Below, in pieces: positions 53,392 through 63,109 of a DNA stretch of 64,000 nucleotides. The notes beneath the pieces were generated by a model that did not search any database, was not told where the DNA came from, and was given only the letters and a program-made list of their open reading frames with translations. A program made the position numbers and the translations under genes. The DNA is from Candidatus Rariloculaceae bacterium (GTDB lineage Bacteria; Pseudomonadota; Gammaproteobacteria; Steroidobacterales; Rariloculaceae). Each line of letters starts with the position of its first letter. Position 1 is the first letter of the stretch. The DNA lies in assembly GCA_965223375.1 (NCBI GenBank), contig OZ245000.1, forward strand, positions 2,715,092 through 2,779,091, read 5' to 3'.

Positions 53392-53572
53392 ATCCGAAAC
53401 CAATATGTAAAACCTGTTGGTATCAGTGGCTTTGACGGGGATGCTCAACGACGGTGGTTGAGACGTTCGACATATTGCGTGGCGGGCGCGACGGTCGGAA
53501 GCGGCATTAGCGTCCGAAACTGACAATTTCGGTCACTTCATTCGGTTTCCGGCGACAGTCGGGCGAAGGCGG

Positions 53573-54898
53573 CTAGTCGATCTCGAGCTTCTTGATGCGG
53601 TACCGCAGCGCCCGGAAACTGATGCCGAGCAGCCGCGCGGCGGCCGTCTTGTTGTAACGCGTCTGCTCGAGCGCACGGACGATGGCGTCCCGCTCGATGT
53701 CCTCGAGTTGCGATCCGAGCGGTGCGCCGCCTTCGACAGCCGGCAGCTCGCGCTCAGGCTGCGCCCGCAGCTTCAGATCGTCGACGTCGATCGTGTCGTC
53801 CGTGCAGAGCGTGATCGCGCGCTCGAGTATGTTCTCGAGTTCCCGCACATTGCCGGGGAATGCATAGCCGATCAACGCGGACTGGGCCTCCTTCGTCAGC
53901 CTCGGCACGGGGATCTTCTGGTTCTCGGACAGGCGCGAGAGGATGTGGTGGGCGAGGATCAGCGCGTCCTCGCCCCGGTCGCGGAGCGGTGGCACGAGCA
54001 GCTCGATGACGTTGATCCGGTAGTACAGGTCCTCGCGGAACCGGTTGTCGGCGACCAGCTCGCCGAGGTCGCGGTGCGTAGCCGAGAGAATTCGCACGTC
54101 CACCGGCAGCTCCGTGGACTGGCCGACCGGGCGGATCGCCTTCTCCTGGATGACTCTCAGCAGCTTGACCTGCATGTGCAGCGGCAGATCGGCGACCTCA
54201 TCGAGAAACAGTGTACCGCCTTCCGCGGTCTGCACCAGTCCGATCTTGTCGCTGACCGCGCCGGTGAAGCTGCCCTTCTTGTGCCCGAAAAACTCGCTCT
54301 CCATCAGCTCGCTGGGGATGGCCCCGCAGTTGATCGGGACGAACGGGCCTTCCGCTCGCGGCCCGGCACTGTGAATCATTCTTGCGACGAGCTCCTTGCC
54401 GGTTCCGGATTCGCCCGAAATGTGCACCGGCGCCTGGCTGCGCGAGACCTTCTCGATCATCTCGCGCACGCGCTCGATCGCCGTCGAGCTGCCGACCAGG
54501 CCGTCAGTGCTCGGCGCCGCTTCGCTGCCGACACCGCGCAGCTTCAGCGCCGCGGTAACCAGCTTGCGCAGGTCGTTGAGATCGAGCGGCTTCGAGACGA
54601 AGTCGAATGCACCGAGCTTCAGCGCCTTGACCGCTGCCTCGACGCTGCCGTGCGCCGTGATGACGGCCACCGGTACGCCGGCGGCCTCGCGCTGCATCCA
54701 TTCGACCAGCTCGAGACCGTCGCCGTCCGGCAGGCGCATGTCCGTCAGGCACAGATCGTAGGCTGCATCGGCGAGCATGCCTTTCGCCGAGTCGATATCG
54801 CCGCAGGTTCGCGACGCGATATCCATCCGCTCCAGCGTCATCGACAGCAGATCGCGTATGTCCGGCTCGTCGTCAACGACGAGGGCAGTCGGTTTCAT
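53573..54898 (-). CDS. pilR: sigma54-dependent response regulator PilR
   Basis: 441 aa. Receiver domain (VVDDEPDIR..LCLTDMRLPDGDG), AAA+ domain (GESGTGKE, GAFTGA-like GSFTGA), C-terminal Fis-type HTH (YNKTAAARLLGISFRALRYRIKK). Confidence 0.93.
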   Translation of the reverse strand: MKPTALVVDDEPDIRDLLSMTLERMDIASRTCGDIDSAKGMLADAAYDLCLTDMRLPDGDGLELVEWMQREAAGVPVAVITAHGSVEAAVKALKLGAFDFVSKPLDLNDLRKLVTAALKLRGVGSEAAPSTDGLVGSSTAIERVREMIEKVSRSQAPVHISGESGTGKELVARMIHSAGPRAEGPFVPINCGAIPSELMESEFFGHKKGSFTGAVSDKIGLVQTAEGGTLFLDEVADLPLHMQVKLLRVIQEKAIRPVGQSTELPVDVRILSATHRDLGELVADNRFREDLYYRINVIELLVPPLRDRGEDALILAHHILSRLSENQKIPVPRLTKEAQSALIGYAFPGNVRELENILERAITLCTDDTIDVDDLKLRAQPERELPAVEGGAPLGSQLEDIERDAIVRALEQTRYNKTAAARLLGISFRALRYRIKKLEID

Positions 54899-56563
54899 CT
54901 AGGCCCTTCGGTCTTTCCAGCGTTGCGGATCGGCAAAGACGATCCTGAATACACTACCGCCATCCGGCCTTGGCTGATAGCGAAGCGTCGCACGGTTTCG
55001 CTCACAAAGTTCGCGGGATATGTAGAGTCCGAGGCCTGTGCCGCCTGGTTGTCCCGTGTGAAACGGCTCGAAAATCTGCTCGGCGAGCTCTGGTGCAATG
55101 CCGGGTCCGCGATCGGCGACCGCCAGAAACGGCCGGCCACTCGACTCGAGCACGCCGCAGGACAGCTCGACCGAGATCGCGCCGGCGGCCTGGCTCGCGT
55201 ACTTGACGGCGTTTTCGCAGAGGTTCCAGACCACCTGGTGTAGATGCGTGCGATCGATCTCTACCGTGACCTCGTCGCTCGCCGGATCGACCGCGACGGC
55301 CTCTTCGAAGAGCTCCTGCGTATTTGTGAACTCCGTCGCAAAATCGCGCGCCCATTGCTTGAGCTCGACCTTCTCCGGCTCGGTCCGGTCACTGCGCGAG
55401 AGTGACAGCACGCTGTCGACTATCTGGCTTACACGGCGCGAGTTCACGCGAATGATGTCGGTCAGCTTCTGGTCATCCGTTCCGATCCGGTCGGACTCGG
55501 CAAGCAGCTGTCCGGCATGGCTCAACGCACCGAGCGGATTGCGGATTTCGTGCGCGATGCTCGCCGAGAGCCGCCCCAGGGCGGCGAGCTTCATTTGCTG
55601 GACCCGCTCGGAAATCAGTGAGGTGTCCTCGAGAAAAATCACGACCCCTTCGGTTCTCGCCCCGCCGAGGGGCGAGAAGTGGGGCTGGATGCTGTGGCTG
55701 CCTTCCTCGGACCCGGCGGCAAACTGCAACGGTTTGCCCTCGGTGCCGCCGCCGCGCCAGCGATCCAGATAGAGCGCCAGCGCCGGCGAAATCGAGTCGA
55801 GTTCCTGCCCGGTGGCGGAGCCCGTGGTTGCCAACAGCTTTGCAGCAGACTCGTTGATCAGGCGGATGCGGTCCTCCTGGTCGACGACGACGATGCTCTC
55901 GCGCAAGTGCTGGATGATGTAGTCGTTGAGTTCGACCAGGTTCTGCAGATCCACGCCGCGCTGCTGGGCGAGTGCCTCCGTCTGGACCATGCGCTCCCGA
56001 TAGAGCTGGACGATGCCGGTAATGACGAACATGACGGCGCCGAGGATGCCGGCCGGCGCGTAGTCCGCATTCGTCGTCAGCCCCTGCAGCAGCGCGACCG
56101 TCTGCTCGCCGAGCAGGACCAGCGTCGCGAATGCGGCGAGCAAAAACGCCTGGCGGGCCGGCAGCAACAGCGCGAGGCTGCCGGTCGAGACGATCAGCAG
56201 GCCGCCCAGTCCTGAGGTGATTCCGCCGCTCGCGTGTATCAGCGCCGCGAACGCCAGCATGTCGAAGACGAACTGAAACGTCAGTTGGGCGGCCACCCCC
56301 GGCAGGCGGCGGTGCAGCAGGGGAATTTCGATCAGCCCCACGACGAGCAGCGCGTTCAGCGCGACCGCGGCCGTCGTCGGGTCGAACTCGCCGATGATGC
56401 GCGGATCCTGGACCGCCCAGAAGAACAGCGACAGCACAGCCGCGATGATCAGCCGGAAGCCGTTGAGCAACTGCAGGACGCGCCACGCGAAGTCGCCGGG
56501 GCCGGGCCCGCCGTCGCGGTGCGCGGTTGCTGATCCGCTCTCCGGTGGCGCAGCTGCCGACAT
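54899..56563 (-). CDS. pilS: sensor histidine kinase PilS
   Basis: 554 aa. Multi-TM N-terminal half, PAS-like linker, H-box SIAHEIRNPL, N/G boxes (NLCENAVKY, DRGPGI, GTGLGL). Its stop abuts the pilR start. Confidence 0.9.
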   Translation of the reverse strand: MSAAAPPESGSATAHRDGGPGPGDFAWRVLQLLNGFRLIIAAVLSLFFWAVQDPRIIGEFDPTTAAVALNALLVVGLIEIPLLHRRLPGVAAQLTFQFVFDMLAFAALIHASGGITSGLGGLLIVSTGSLALLLPARQAFLLAAFATLVLLGEQTVALLQGLTTNADYAPAGILGAVMFVITGIVQLYRERMVQTEALAQQRGVDLQNLVELNDYIIQHLRESIVVVDQEDRIRLINESAAKLLATTGSATGQELDSISPALALYLDRWRGGGTEGKPLQFAAGSEEGSHSIQPHFSPLGGARTEGVVIFLEDTSLISERVQQMKLAALGRLSASIAHEIRNPLGALSHAGQLLAESDRIGTDDQKLTDIIRVNSRRVSQIVDSVLSLSRSDRTEPEKVELKQWARDFATEFTNTQELFEEAVAVDPASDEVTVEIDRTHLHQVVWNLCENAVKYASQAAGAISVELSCGVLESSGRPFLAVADRGPGIAPELAEQIFEPFHTGQPGGTGLGLYISRELCERNRATLRYQPRPDGGSVFRIVFADPQRWKDRRA

Positions 56564-56660
56564 GGCGCGGGATTGTACCGGACAGTGCGCCGACTCGCTT
56601 TACGAACGTTCCGGCGATCAGTGAGAATACGCACCCCGCGTCCTGGTCAAGGAATCACCG

Positions 56661-57830
56661 TTGAATCTGCACGAATATCAGTCGAAGGCACTGTTCGCCG
56701 ACTACGGCATTCCGGTGCCCGAGGGGCGGGTGGCCCAGAGTCCAACGGAGGCCAAGCGCGCTGCGGCGGTGCTGGGCGGCGACCTTTGGGTCGTCAAGGC
56801 GCAGGTCCATGCGGGCGGCCGGGGCAAGGCCGGCGGCGTCAAGCTGGCGCGCTCGGCGGACGAGGTCGAGGCGCACGCGAAGAGCATGCTCGGTACCCGG
56901 CTGGTGACCCATCAGAGCGGCGCCGAGGGGTTGCCGGTCGATCAGGTTTACGTGGAAGCGGGCTCCGATATCGACCGGGAGCTTTATCTCAGCCTGCTCG
57001 TCGACCGCAGCAGCGAGGGTATCGCAATCATGGCGTCTTCAGCCGGCGGCATGGATATCGAACAGGTGGCCGCCGAGACGCCGGAACGCATCTTCACAAT
57101 CCACGTGCATCCGGCGGCGGGTTTGCAGGATTACCAGTGCCGGCGCCTGGGCTTCGGCCTCGGGCTCGACAAGCCGCAGCAGGGCCAGCTCGCGCGACTT
57201 CTGAAAGCGCTCGTCCGCCTCGTACACGAATGCGACGCGAGCCTCGTCGAGATCAACCCGCTGATCGTTACCGGTGACGGTAACGTGGTCGCGCTCGATG
57301 GCAAGATCAACATCGAAGAGAACGCGCTCTTCCGGCAGCAGAATCTCGCCGCGATGCGGGATGTCGCCCAGGAAGACGAAAAGGAGCGCCGCGCGCACGA
57401 GCATGACCTGAACTACGTTTCGCTCGACGGCAGCATCGCCTGTCTGGTCAACGGCGCCGGTCTTGCAATGGCGACGATGGACCTGATCAAGCTACACGGC
57501 GGGGAGCCCGCGAACTTCCTCGACGTCGGCGGTGGCGCGACGGCCGAGCGGGTCGAGGAGGCATTCAACATCATTCTGACGAACGACAACGTGCGCGCGA
57601 TTCTGGTCAATATCTTCGGCGGGATCGTCCGCTGCGATCTGATCGCCGAGGGCGTGATCGCCGCGGTGAAGAATGCGAACGTCACGGTTCCGGTCGTCGT
57701 CAGGCTCGAGGGCACCAACGTGAGCCAGGGGCAGGCGCTGCTTGCCGACAGCGGCCTCGACATCATCGCTGCCAAAGGACTGACCGATGCCGCCTCGAAG
57801 GCCGTCGAGCTTGCGGGAGGTGCGGCATGA
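56661..57830 (+). CDS. sucC: succinyl-CoA synthetase beta subunit
   Basis: 389 aa. A TTG start gives [20 protein letters not shown], the conserved SucC N-terminus. AAGGAA lies 6 nt upstream. Confidence 0.95.
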   Translation: MNLHEYQSKALFADYGIPVPEGRVAQSPTEAKRAAAVLGGDLWVVKAQVHAGGRGKAGGVKLARSADEVEAHAKSMLGTRLVTHQSGAEGLPVDQVYVEAGSDIDRELYLSLLVDRSSEGIAIMASSAGGMDIEQVAAETPERIFTIHVHPAAGLQDYQCRRLGFGLGLDKPQQGQLARLLKALVRLVHECDASLVEINPLIVTGDGNVVALDGKINIEENALFRQQNLAAMRDVAQEDEKERRAHEHDLNYVSLDGSIACLVNGAGLAMATMDLIKLHGGEPANFLDVGGGATAERVEEAFNIILTNDNVRAILVNIFGGIVRCDLIAEGVIAAVKNANVTVPVVVRLEGTNVSQGQALLADSGLDIIAAKGLTDAASKAVELAGGAA

Positions 57831-58696
57831 GCATCCTGGTCGACAGCGAAACGAAGGTCATCTGTCAGGGCCTGACCGGTCGACAGGGGACATTCCACAC
57901 GGAGCAGTGCCTCGAGTACGGCACCAGGGTCGTCGCCGGCGTCACGCCCGGCCGGGGAGGATCCGAGCACCTCGGCCTGCCGGTTTACAACACCGTGATC
58001 GAGGCGCGCGAGGCAACGGGTGCGACCGTCAGCATGATCTACGTGCCGGCGCCGTTCGCCGCCGACGCCGTGCTCGAAGCTGCGGATGCCGGAATCGAGC
58101 TGGTCGTCTGCATCACCGAAGGCGTGCCGGTGCTCGACATGGTCAAAGTCAAAGCGGTGTTGCGTGACAGCGGCACGCGACTGATCGGGCCGAACTGCCC
58201 GGGCATCATCACGCCGGGTGCCTGCAAGATCGGGATCATGCCGGGCTCGATTCATCAGGCCGGGCGGGTCGGGGTGATCTCGCGGTCGGGTACGCTGACC
58301 TACGAGGCCGTCTCCCAAACCACGAGCCAGGGACTCGGCCAGACGACCTGCGTCGGGATCGGCGGCGACCCGGTCCGCGGCATGAACTTCATCGATTGTC
58401 TGAGCCTGTTCGAGGCCGACCCGGCGACCGACGGCATCGTCATGATCGGCGAAATCGGCGGCGCCGACGAAGAGGCCGCTGCGGAGTACATCCAGTCGAA
58501 CGTCAGCAAGCCGGTCGTCGCCTACATCGCCGGCGTCACGGCCCCGCCCGGCAAGCGCATGGGACACGCGGGCGCCATCATTGCCGGCGGCAAGGGCACG
58601 GCCGACGAGAAGTATGCGGCGCTCGAGCGCGCCGGCGTTGCAACGGTGCGGTCGCTGGCCGATCTCGGAGAGGCGATGGCCAGGGCGCTTGGGTGA
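57827..58696 (+). CDS. sucD: succinyl-CoA synthetase alpha subunit
   Basis: 289 aa. [24 protein letters not shown].., phosphohistidine loop [11 protein letters not shown] overlap with sucC. Confidence 0.96.
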   Translation: MSILVDSETKVICQGLTGRQGTFHTEQCLEYGTRVVAGVTPGRGGSEHLGLPVYNTVIEAREATGATVSMIYVPAPFAADAVLEAADAGIELVVCITEGVPVLDMVKVKAVLRDSGTRLIGPNCPGIITPGACKIGIMPGSIHQAGRVGVISRSGTLTYEAVSQTTSQGLGQTTCVGIGGDPVRGMNFIDCLSLFEADPATDGIVMIGEIGGADEEAAAEYIQSNVSKPVVAYIAGVTAPPGKRMGHAGAIIAGGKGTADEKYAALERAGVATVRSLADLGEAMARALG

Positions 58697-60351
58697 AGCT
58701 CGCCCTTGCCCAGATCAACACGCACGTCGGTGCGATCGACCACAACACGCGACGGCTGATCGACGCCGCGCAGCTTGCCCGCGATCGGCGTGGCTGCGAA
58801 CTCGTCCTGTTTCCGGAGCTTGCCGTCTGCGGTTACCCGCCGGAAGACCTGTTGCTGCATCGCGGCCTGCGCGAGCGCGTTGCCGCTGCTCGTGCAGAGC
58901 TCACGGCCGAAGCCACGGACGTCACGCTCTGTTTCGGCTACCCGGAGTACGTCGGCGACGACATCTTCAACAGTGCCGCCGTGGTTCGCGACGGCGAGCT
59001 GATCGCCAACCATCGCAAGAGCGCGTTGCCGAACTATGCGGTATTCGATGAGAAGCGCTACTTCCGGTCAGGCGATGCAGCGACAGTTTTCGATACTGGC
59101 GGCCTCCGTTGCGGGCTGATCATCTGCGAAGACGCGTGGACACCCGACGCAAGCCGCGCGGCGGCGGCAGCCGGTGCCGAGCTGATACTGATCGTCAACG
59201 GCTCGCCGTTTCACCGCCGGCAGCGCGAGTCGCGCGAAGACGTCGTCGCCGCGCGCGCACGGGAGACCGGTCTGCCGATGGTCTATCTGAACATGGTCGG
59301 CGGACAGGACGAACTGGTCTTCGATGGCGGTTCGTTTGCGGTCGATGCCCAGGGCGAAGTGTTGCTGCGTCTGCCCCAGTTCGTCGAGGCGATGTGCTGC
59401 GTCGATGTGAGCCGCGGGCCGGCCGGTGTCGAGCTGAGCGCTACCGAGGCCGTCATTCTGGAAACGCCGTCGGGCGATCCGGTCGGCGGACTACCGACGA
59501 TGATGACGCCGCTCGAGAACGTCGAGGCAATCTACGAGGCCCTCGTGCTCGGAACGCGCGATTACATCGAGAAGAATGGTTTCCCGGGCGTCATTCTGGG
59601 ACTCTCCGGCGGCATAGACTCTGCGCTGACGCTCTGTATTGCCGTCGACGCGATCGGCCCCGACCGCGTTCGGGTGATCATGATGCCGTCGCAGTTCACG
59701 TCGCAGATGAGCATCGACGACGCTGCCGGGCAGGCATCGCTGCTCGGCGTCCGGCATGACGTGCTGCCGATAGAGCCGATCGTCGACTCGGTTCTGGCGA
59801 CGTTGCGCGACATCTTCGAAGACCGCCCGCGTGATACGACCGAGGAGAACATTCAGGCCCGCGCCCGCGGGATTCTGCTGATGGGAATCTCGAACAAGCT
59901 CGGCTCGATGTTGCTGTCCACCGGCAACAAGAGCGAGATGGCTGTCGGTTACGCGACACTCTACGGCGACATGGCCGGCGGCTTCGCACCGCTGAAAGAC
60001 TGCAGCAAAACGCTGGTGTATCGGCTGGCGGAGCTGCGCAACGAGCGGGAGGCGGCAATACCGCGCCGGGTCATCGAGCGCGAGCCGTCGGCCGAGCTGG
60101 CACCCGACCAGAAGGACTCGGACTCGCTCCCGCCGTACGAGCGACTCGACGCGATACTCGAGGCCTTCATCGAGCGTGACGAGTCCGTCGAGCAGATCGC
60201 CGCCGCGGGCTTCGAGCGTGCCGAGGTCGGGCGTGTGCTGAACCTGGTCAAGCGTGCCGAATACAAACGCCGGCAGGCGCCGCCGGGTGTGCGGGTCAGT
60301 AGTCGGGCATTCGGGCGGGATTGGCGGTATCCGATCACTTCGGGTTACTAG
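58693..60351 (+). CDS. nadE: glutamine-dependent NAD+ synthetase
   Basis: 552 aa from GTG (V)[13 protein letters not shown]-terminal CN-hydrolase domain ([20 protein letters not shown]) plus NAD synthetase domain ([10 protein letters not shown]-loop). GTGA overlap with the sucD stop. The track ORF start 58396 is spurious. Confidence 0.92.
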   Translation: MKLALAQINTHVGAIDHNTRRLIDAAQLARDRRGCELVLFPELAVCGYPPEDLLLHRGLRERVAAARAELTAEATDVTLCFGYPEYVGDDIFNSAAVVRDGELIANHRKSALPNYAVFDEKRYFRSGDAATVFDTGGLRCGLIICEDAWTPDASRAAAAAGAELILIVNGSPFHRRQRESREDVVAARARETGLPMVYLNMVGGQDELVFDGGSFAVDAQGEVLLRLPQFVEAMCCVDVSRGPAGVELSATEAVILETPSGDPVGGLPTMMTPLENVEAIYEALVLGTRDYIEKNGFPGVILGLSGGIDSALTLCIAVDAIGPDRVRVIMMPSQFTSQMSIDDAAGQASLLGVRHDVLPIEPIVDSVLATLRDIFEDRPRDTTEENIQARARGILLMGISNKLGSMLLSTGNKSEMAVGYATLYGDMAGGFAPLKDCSKTLVYRLAELRNEREAAIPRRVIEREPSAELAPDQKDSDSLPPYERLDAILEAFIERDESVEQIAAAGFERAEVGRVLNLVKRAEYKRRQAPPGVRVSSRAFGRDWRYPITSGY

Positions 60352-60352
60352 C

Positions 60353-60435
60353 GAATTTGGGGACAGTGACCCTAATTCACCGCGCGCTTTCGGATATCTG
60401 CTAGTTGGCGAATTAGGGTCACTGTCCCCAAATTC
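60353..60435. repeat. 26-bp perfect inverted repeat with 31-nt spacer (palindromic intergenic element)
   Basis: Left arm GAATTTGGGGACAGTGACCCTAATTC (60353-60378). Its exact reverse complement is at 60410-60435. It fills the 88-nt spacer between the convergent nadE and bamD stops. Confidence 0.95.
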
Positions 60436-60439
60436 CCCG

Positions 60440-61222
60440 CTAGAGGTCGGCGCGGATGTCGTCGCCGAAAGAGCTTTCGAGGACGCGTTCGGTGTCGGCG
60501 GAGAGGTCCGTCATGCCGAGCTGGTCGTAGGCCTCGATCATCAGGCGGAGGGTCTGCTCGAGCTCCGGCGCGCCCGCGTAGTGCTCGAGCGCATACTTGC
60601 CGCGGTTGACGGCCGCAACGAAAGCGCCGCGATCGATGTAGTAGCGGGCGACGTGATTCTCGTAGGTTGCAAGCCGGTTGCGCAGGAAGATCATGCGCTG
60701 GCGCGCGTCGTCGATGTACCGGCTTTCCGGAAAGCGGCGTATCAGTTCCTGAAAGGTGGAGAATGCGAGCAGCGTGTCTTTCGGCGGCCTGAGCGTGAGG
60801 TCGACACGGAACATGCGCTCGAGGATGTTCGGTGCCTTGTCGAAATAGACGAGCCCTTTCATGTAAAGGCAGTAATCGACGCGCGGGTGCGTCGGGTTCT
60901 CCCGTTCGAACTCGTCGGCCGCGTCGATCGCCGCTTCCGGCTGGCGACTCATATAATAGAGATAGATCAGATCGAGCTGTGCCTGGCGCGACGCGTTGCT
61001 GAACGGATAGCGCGCCTCGAGCTGCAGGAAGTAGTTGGCGGCGCCGACATAGTTGCCGGCATCCATCGCTTCCTTGCCGCGATCGTAGAAGCCTTCGGCG
61101 CCGAAGTCCTCGATGACGTCGTCGCGCCGATTGCCGCAGCCCGCGATTGCGAGCGCGGCGACCGCCAGAACGGCGGTGCGGCAGATCGATTTGACGAAAT
61201 GTCCGGCGGTGCTGACGCGCAT
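60440..61222 (-). CDS. bamD: outer membrane protein assembly factor BamD
   Basis: 260 aa. Lipobox LAIAGC, TPR-like repeats (..YFLQLEARYPFS..). Divergent from rluD as with E. coli bamD/rluD. Confidence 0.93.
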   Translation of the reverse strand: MRVSTAGHFVKSICRTAVLAVAALAIAGCGNRRDDVIEDFGAEGFYDRGKEAMDAGNYVGAANYFLQLEARYPFSNASRQAQLDLIYLYYMSRQPEAAIDAADEFERENPTHPRVDYCLYMKGLVYFDKAPNILERMFRVDLTLRPPKDTLLAFSTFQELIRRFPESRYIDDARQRMIFLRNRLATYENHVARYYIDRGAFVAAVNRGKYALEHYAGAPELEQTLRLMIEAYDQLGMTDLSADTERVLESSFGDDIRADL

Positions 61223-61333
61223 GTTGCTCGCTCCGTGCCTGTGGCCGGCTGGCCGTAGGCTCGACGGGCAGTCTAGAGTGAATCCGACGGCGGATTATAG
61301 GGGAAAGCGTTCGCCGTCATCGGACGGTAATGT

Positions 61334-62308
61334 ATGGATTCGGTCAGAAGGAATGCGGTCGTGCCCGAAGAGCTGGCCGGCGCACGGCTCGACCAGGCCG
61401 CAGCCCGTGTGTTTCCGGAGTTTTCCCGGACCCGGCTGCGACAGTGGATCGAGTCCGGCGACCTCGTCATCGATGGTCGGCCGGGCGTGCCGACGTTCCG
61501 CGTCAGTGGCGGCGAGGCGTTGCGGCTCGACGCAACGCTCGAGCCGGTCGTGCCGATCGCGCCGGAGGCGATCGAGCTCGAGATCGTGCATCGGGACGAC
61601 GACCTTCTGGTCGTCGCGAAACCGGCCGGGCTCGTCGTGCACCCTGGCGCCGGGAACCCCGGCGGGACATTGCAGAACGCGCTGCTGGCCTTCGACCCCG
61701 CGCTGGCCAGTGTGCCGCGCGCGGGTCTCGTGCACCGGCTCGACAAGGACACCAGCGGGCTGATGGTCGTGGCGCGGAACCTGACGTCGCAGCAGCGACT
61801 CGCGGCGATGATCGGCGCGCGGCGCGTCAGCCGCATCTACCGGGCGGTCTGCCAGGGCGTCCTGACGGCCGGCGGCAGCGTCGATCAGCCGATCGGCCGC
61901 AGTCCGCGTGACCGCAAGCGCATGACGGTCCGCGAGGATGGCCGGCCGGCGCGCTCCACCTACCGCGTGCTGGATCGCTACCGGGCGCAGTCGCTGGTCG
62001 AGGTCGAGCTCGACACCGGGCGCACGCACCAGATCCGCGTGCACATGGCCCACATCCGCGCGCCGTTGGTCGGCGATCCGGTCTACGGCGGCCGGCCGCG
62101 ACTGCCGCCATCGCCCACTCCGGCGCTCGTCGAGGCCCTGACGCAGTTTCGGCGCCAGGCACTGCATGCCGGTTCACTCGCATTCGAACACCCGCGGGGG
62201 GGCGGGCCGCTCGAGTTCGAGCGCGCGCCGCCGGCCGATTTCCAGGCGCTCGTCGCCACGCTCAAGGCGGACCGTGATGCGCATGAGGGCCGGGAGGCCG
62301 GCCGGTGA
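61334..62308 (+). CDS. rluD: 23S rRNA pseudouridine synthase RluD
   Basis: 324 aa. S4-like N-domain, catalytic HRLDKDTSGLMVVA, ..GRTHQIRVHMA.. block. Confidence 0.94.
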   Translation: MDSVRRNAVVPEELAGARLDQAAARVFPEFSRTRLRQWIESGDLVIDGRPGVPTFRVSGGEALRLDATLEPVVPIAPEAIELEIVHRDDDLLVVAKPAGLVVHPGAGNPGGTLQNALLAFDPALASVPRAGLVHRLDKDTSGLMVVARNLTSQQRLAAMIGARRVSRIYRAVCQGVLTAGGSVDQPIGRSPRDRKRMTVREDGRPARSTYRVLDRYRAQSLVEVELDTGRTHQIRVHMAHIRAPLVGDPVYGGRPRLPPSPTPALVEALTQFRRQALHAGSLAFEHPRGGGPLEFERAPPADFQALVATLKADRDAHEGREAGR

Positions 62309-63054
62309 CGATGCCGGGTTTCGCCGCCGACTGGCCCGCACCGCCGCGCGTGCGCAGCTGGCAGACCGTGCGGGCCGGCGGCCTGAGCAAAGGCGGCTAC
62401 GCGAGCCTCAATCTCGCCTCCCACGTCGGCGACGATCCCGCTGCCGTCACGGCCAACCGGTCGGCCCTGCTTGCAGGGCTCGATTTGCCCGCTGAGCCGG
62501 CGTGGCTGGAACAGGTCCATGGCACCCGCATCGTCGACCTCGATGCGCCCTGGCAGGGCCCCGCCGACGGCGCCGTAACCGGAGGGCCGGGGCGCGTCGC
62601 GGTCGTCATGACGGCCGACTGCGTGCCGGTCCTGCTCTGCGACCGGGCCGGTACCCGCGTCGCTGCCGTACATGCGGGCTGGCGGGGCCTCGCGGCCGGC
62701 GTGCTGGAAGCGGCGCTCGACGCGCTGTCCGCCGCGCCGGAAACGCTTCTCGCCTGGCTCGGACCCGGCATCTCCGGCGCTGCATACGAGGTTGGCGACG
62801 AGGTACGCAATGCGTTCATCGACGTCGATGCCGAGACCGGCGCGGCGTTCAGGCCCGGCCGGCCGGGCCGCTGGCACTGCGATCTGGCGGGTCTCGCCCG
62901 TCAGCGGCTCGGGCGTGCCGGCGTCGAGGCCGTGTTCGGCGGCGACGAATGTACCTGGGCCGACGAGCAGCGGTTTTTCTCGCACCGGCGGGCCGCGCCT
63001 TGCGGCCGGATGGCGACGCTGATCTGGCTCGACCCGGCGGCGCCGCAGAGTTGA
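62305..63054 (+). CDS. pgeF: YfiH/PgeF family protein (peptidoglycan editing factor / laccase-domain)
   Basis: 249 aa DUF152-type protein (..[11 protein letters not shown].., ..[13 protein letters not shown].., ..CT..FFSHRR). ATGA-type overlap with rluD. Same bamD-rluD-yfiH-clpB order as E. coli. Confidence 0.88.
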   Translation: MTMPGFAADWPAPPRVRSWQTVRAGGLSKGGYASLNLASHVGDDPAAVTANRSALLAGLDLPAEPAWLEQVHGTRIVDLDAPWQGPADGAVTGGPGRVAVVMTADCVPVLLCDRAGTRVAAVHAGWRGLAAGVLEAALDALSAAPETLLAWLGPGISGAAYEVGDEVRNAFIDVDAETGAAFRPGRPGRWHCDLAGLARQRLGRAGVEAVFGGDECTWADEQRFFSHRRAAPCGRMATLIWLDPAAPQS

Positions 63055-63077
63055 GATTCGGGGCGCCGGCCCCATCT
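63051..63077 (+). promoter_or_regulatory. candidate sigma32 heat-shock promoter of clpB
   Basis: TTGAGA (63051-63056), 13-nt spacer, CCCCATCT (63070-63077), compared with the sigma32 consensus CTTGAAA-N13-15-CCCCATNT. About 33 nt upstream of the clpB ATG, with GAGG SD in between. Confidence 0.65.
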
Positions 63078-63109
63078 CTTCGGCAGTAACGATCACGAGG
63101 TACCTGCGC

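Noticed and set aside
53708-55243. 511-aa plus-strand ORF over pilR/pilS
   Set aside because: It is antisense to the pilR AAA+ and pilS kinase domains, which have clear motifs, and shows reverse-frame composition.
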